Shown here: piece after piece, positions 62,313 through 64,000 of the stretch
How positions within the stretch are numbered: position 1 is the first letter of the stretch
Layout of the letters: every line of letters begins with the position of its first letter
Source: Vitrella brassicaformis CCMP3155
Lineage: Eukaryota > Protista > Chromerida
Direction: 5' to 3'
DNA length: 64,000 nt
Assembly: GCA_001179505.1 (NCBI GenBank)
Contig: CDMY01000489.1
Coordinates: 3,412-67,411 of the forward strand
The notes under the pieces: generated by a model
Seen by the model: the letters and a program-made list of their open reading frames with translations, nothing else
Database searches by the model: none
What the model was told of the DNA's origin: nothing
Position numbers and translations under genes: made by a program

Positions 62313-63010
62313 TGAAAGCAGGAAGCTTACACGTACCTACATGTGTTGTGCATGTGTGTGAACGCTCTGGTGTGTTTTATTACATACGCGGTGCTGTCTT
62401 TTATCTGAGGCTGCGGCTGCCGAGTTTATTTGTTTGCTTGGATGCTCGCATTGATTGGCTGGGACGAATGGGTGTATGTATGTTGCGGCTTTTGGTGTGG
62501 GCTGCACGCAACTTTTGTGTGAGCGGGTGCCGATGTGCCGTTCGAGCGTCTGACGTGCTCGTCGGGTGTCCGGCCTGTCGGTCGATAACGCGCGGCTCCT
62601 CTGGCATCCCATGGGGAACACGAGGCTATGTGTGGGAGGGGCGGAGTGGTTGATTGATTGATTTGTTTTAGTGCAGTCAGGCCTGTTTAAGACTTAGTGA
62701 GCTTATGACGTGTGCGGCTGCACACAGCCGCACACACACATTCGTAGAGGCACGTACAGGCCTGCAGGAAGGCAATCTCGAGAGATTTGAGATCATGTCT
62801 GGACAGCATGCATTTTGAGCAGTATAGACAGACACGAAATGCAACAGACACGACAATCGCAAAAGGCAGGCCCAAACTGCAAGTGAACGTGAATTCGACA
62901 AGACACCAGGGGAAAAGATCGGCGCTCTGCGAGACGCTCTGACCTTCCGCGCACACACGAAAATGCAGCCCCACAAATGCGCCCTCCTCCATCGATCGGC
63001 TACCTGCGAG

Positions 63011-63783
63011 TCAGTGAGTCTTGTACCCCCACAGCTGGTGATATTTTTCTGCCCGCCAAAAGTCGCCATGCTTCGCACTGACGATCTCGGTGACAATGGG
63101 GCTGCTGTACTCCTTCTGGGCCTCTCCCTTGGCCTCCTCAGCTGTCTTTCGCTGCTCATCCGAATGCACAAAGATGACGGACCGGTACTGTGAACCTACA
63201 TCAGGGCCCTGAGAAAGACACACAGAGAGAGAGGTACGGTACGCATGAGTGTGCTGTCCTGTGCTGCGTCCTCTCCGTCCTTTGCCCATGTACCTGCTGG
63301 TTCTTGGTCGTGGGATCGTGAGCTTTGGTGAAGAAGAACTTGCACAGCTGCGCATAGCTGACTTTGTCAGGGAAGAATTCGATCTGCACCGTCTCGGCGT
63401 GGCCTGTGGTGCCCGTGGAGACCTCCGTGTACGTCGGATTGGCCTTGCTGCCGCCCATGTACCCCACCGACGTGCTCTTCAACTTTGTGCCGAACTGGTC
63501 ACGGAAGCTCCTGCAATCCAAAACAAAAGCAGAAGGCGTCCACTACATCATTGCTGCGTGCCGTTGCTTACTGCTCCATGCCCCAGAAGCAGCCGCCAGC
63601 GAAAGACGCATACTCGGACGGCTTGCCTCTATCGGCCCCCTCGACGTAATTTGGCTCGGTGGCGGGTTGGTCGTCGGCTGGCGAGAATGACGTCCAGAAA
63701 GAGCTGCTCACGCCCCTGCATGAAGGACAGACAGGGCAAACAGTGAACACAGGCAGGAAGAGTGATACTATTGTTCGACTCAT
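63011..63783 (-). CDS. msrA: Peptide methionine-S-sulfoxide reductase A
   Basis: ASFAGGCFWGMEQ, VGYMGG...NPTYTEVSTGTTGHAETVQIEF, HDPTT.NQQGPDVGSQYRSVIF, FWRAEKYHQ. The last exon is unresolved. Confidence 0.95.
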
Positions 63784-63824
63784 GGGGTCCGACTTACTTT
63801 GCGGCGGTGAATACGAGAGCAGAA

Positions 63825-64000
63825 ATGAAGACGAGCATAGACCAGCGAAACATCATCTCCTCTCCGCTTCTAGCTCGCAAAGTGCGTAAACGCATCTACA
63901 TCGGCACGACGCAGGACAAGGTGGCGCACGACTTCGACGTGGCCGAGAACGAGCTGGCGATCGTGCGGCAGAACCTCGTGCGGGAGAAGTGCGAGGTGTG
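63825..64000 (+). CDS. 5' part of an unidentified ORF running off the window
   Basis: MKTSIDQRNIISSPLLARKVRKRIYIGTTQDKVAHDFDVAENELAIVRQNLVREKCEV..., GC3-rich and open to the edge. Confidence 0.5.
   Translation, partial: MKTSIDQRNIISSPLLARKVRKRIYIGTTQDKVAHDFDVAENELAIVRQNLVREKCEV

Noticed and set aside
1-64000. CRISPR arrays, rRNA, tRNA, dinoflagellate spliced-leader copies, prokaryotic operons or defence systems
   Set aside because: No regularly spaced repeat-spacer array, rRNA or tRNA signature, or SL 22-mer was seen; the DNA is spliced eukaryotic sequence.

Overview
Intron-dense, GC-rich eukaryotic nuclear DNA. Short GT-AG introns are packed with (CA)n, (GACA)n and (CATC)n microsatellites. 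Bipartite plastid-targeting leaders, an alveolin-like gene and PAN/Apple domains suggest a photosynthetic alveolate, most likely a chromerid such as Vitrella (inference). Most entries in the ORF track are antisense or microsatellite artefacts, so real genes were rebuilt by hand across introns and exon boundaries are approximate. The window has two parts. (1) About 1-30 kb is a local rearrangement hotspot around ordinary genes: HhH-GPD glycosylase, RING, ankyrin, solanesyl-diphosphate synthase, an OPR/HPR-like helical-repeat protein and an alveolin-like gene. It contains tandem and inverted copies of a low-complexity gene with private frameshifts. A hairpin-containing promoter-like cassette with the first glycosylase codons recurs three times. 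There are also three broken copies of a catalytically degenerate adenosine-deaminase-like gene, one fused to inverted pieces of the neighbouring alveolin gene. (2) About 30-64 kb holds a methylesterase remnant, a plastid SET methyltransferase, a GT90 glycosyltransferase, and a large secreted Ig/TIG/beta-propeller/Cys-rich/PAN protein head-to-head with a motif-divergent GT48 beta-1,3-glucan synthase. Further on are OTU and PPPDE-like peptidases, a GPI-anchored solute-binding-like protein and MsrA. No rRNA, tRNA, CRISPR array or autonomous transposon was found. There are four 300-N placeholder gaps; two have overlapping flanks.
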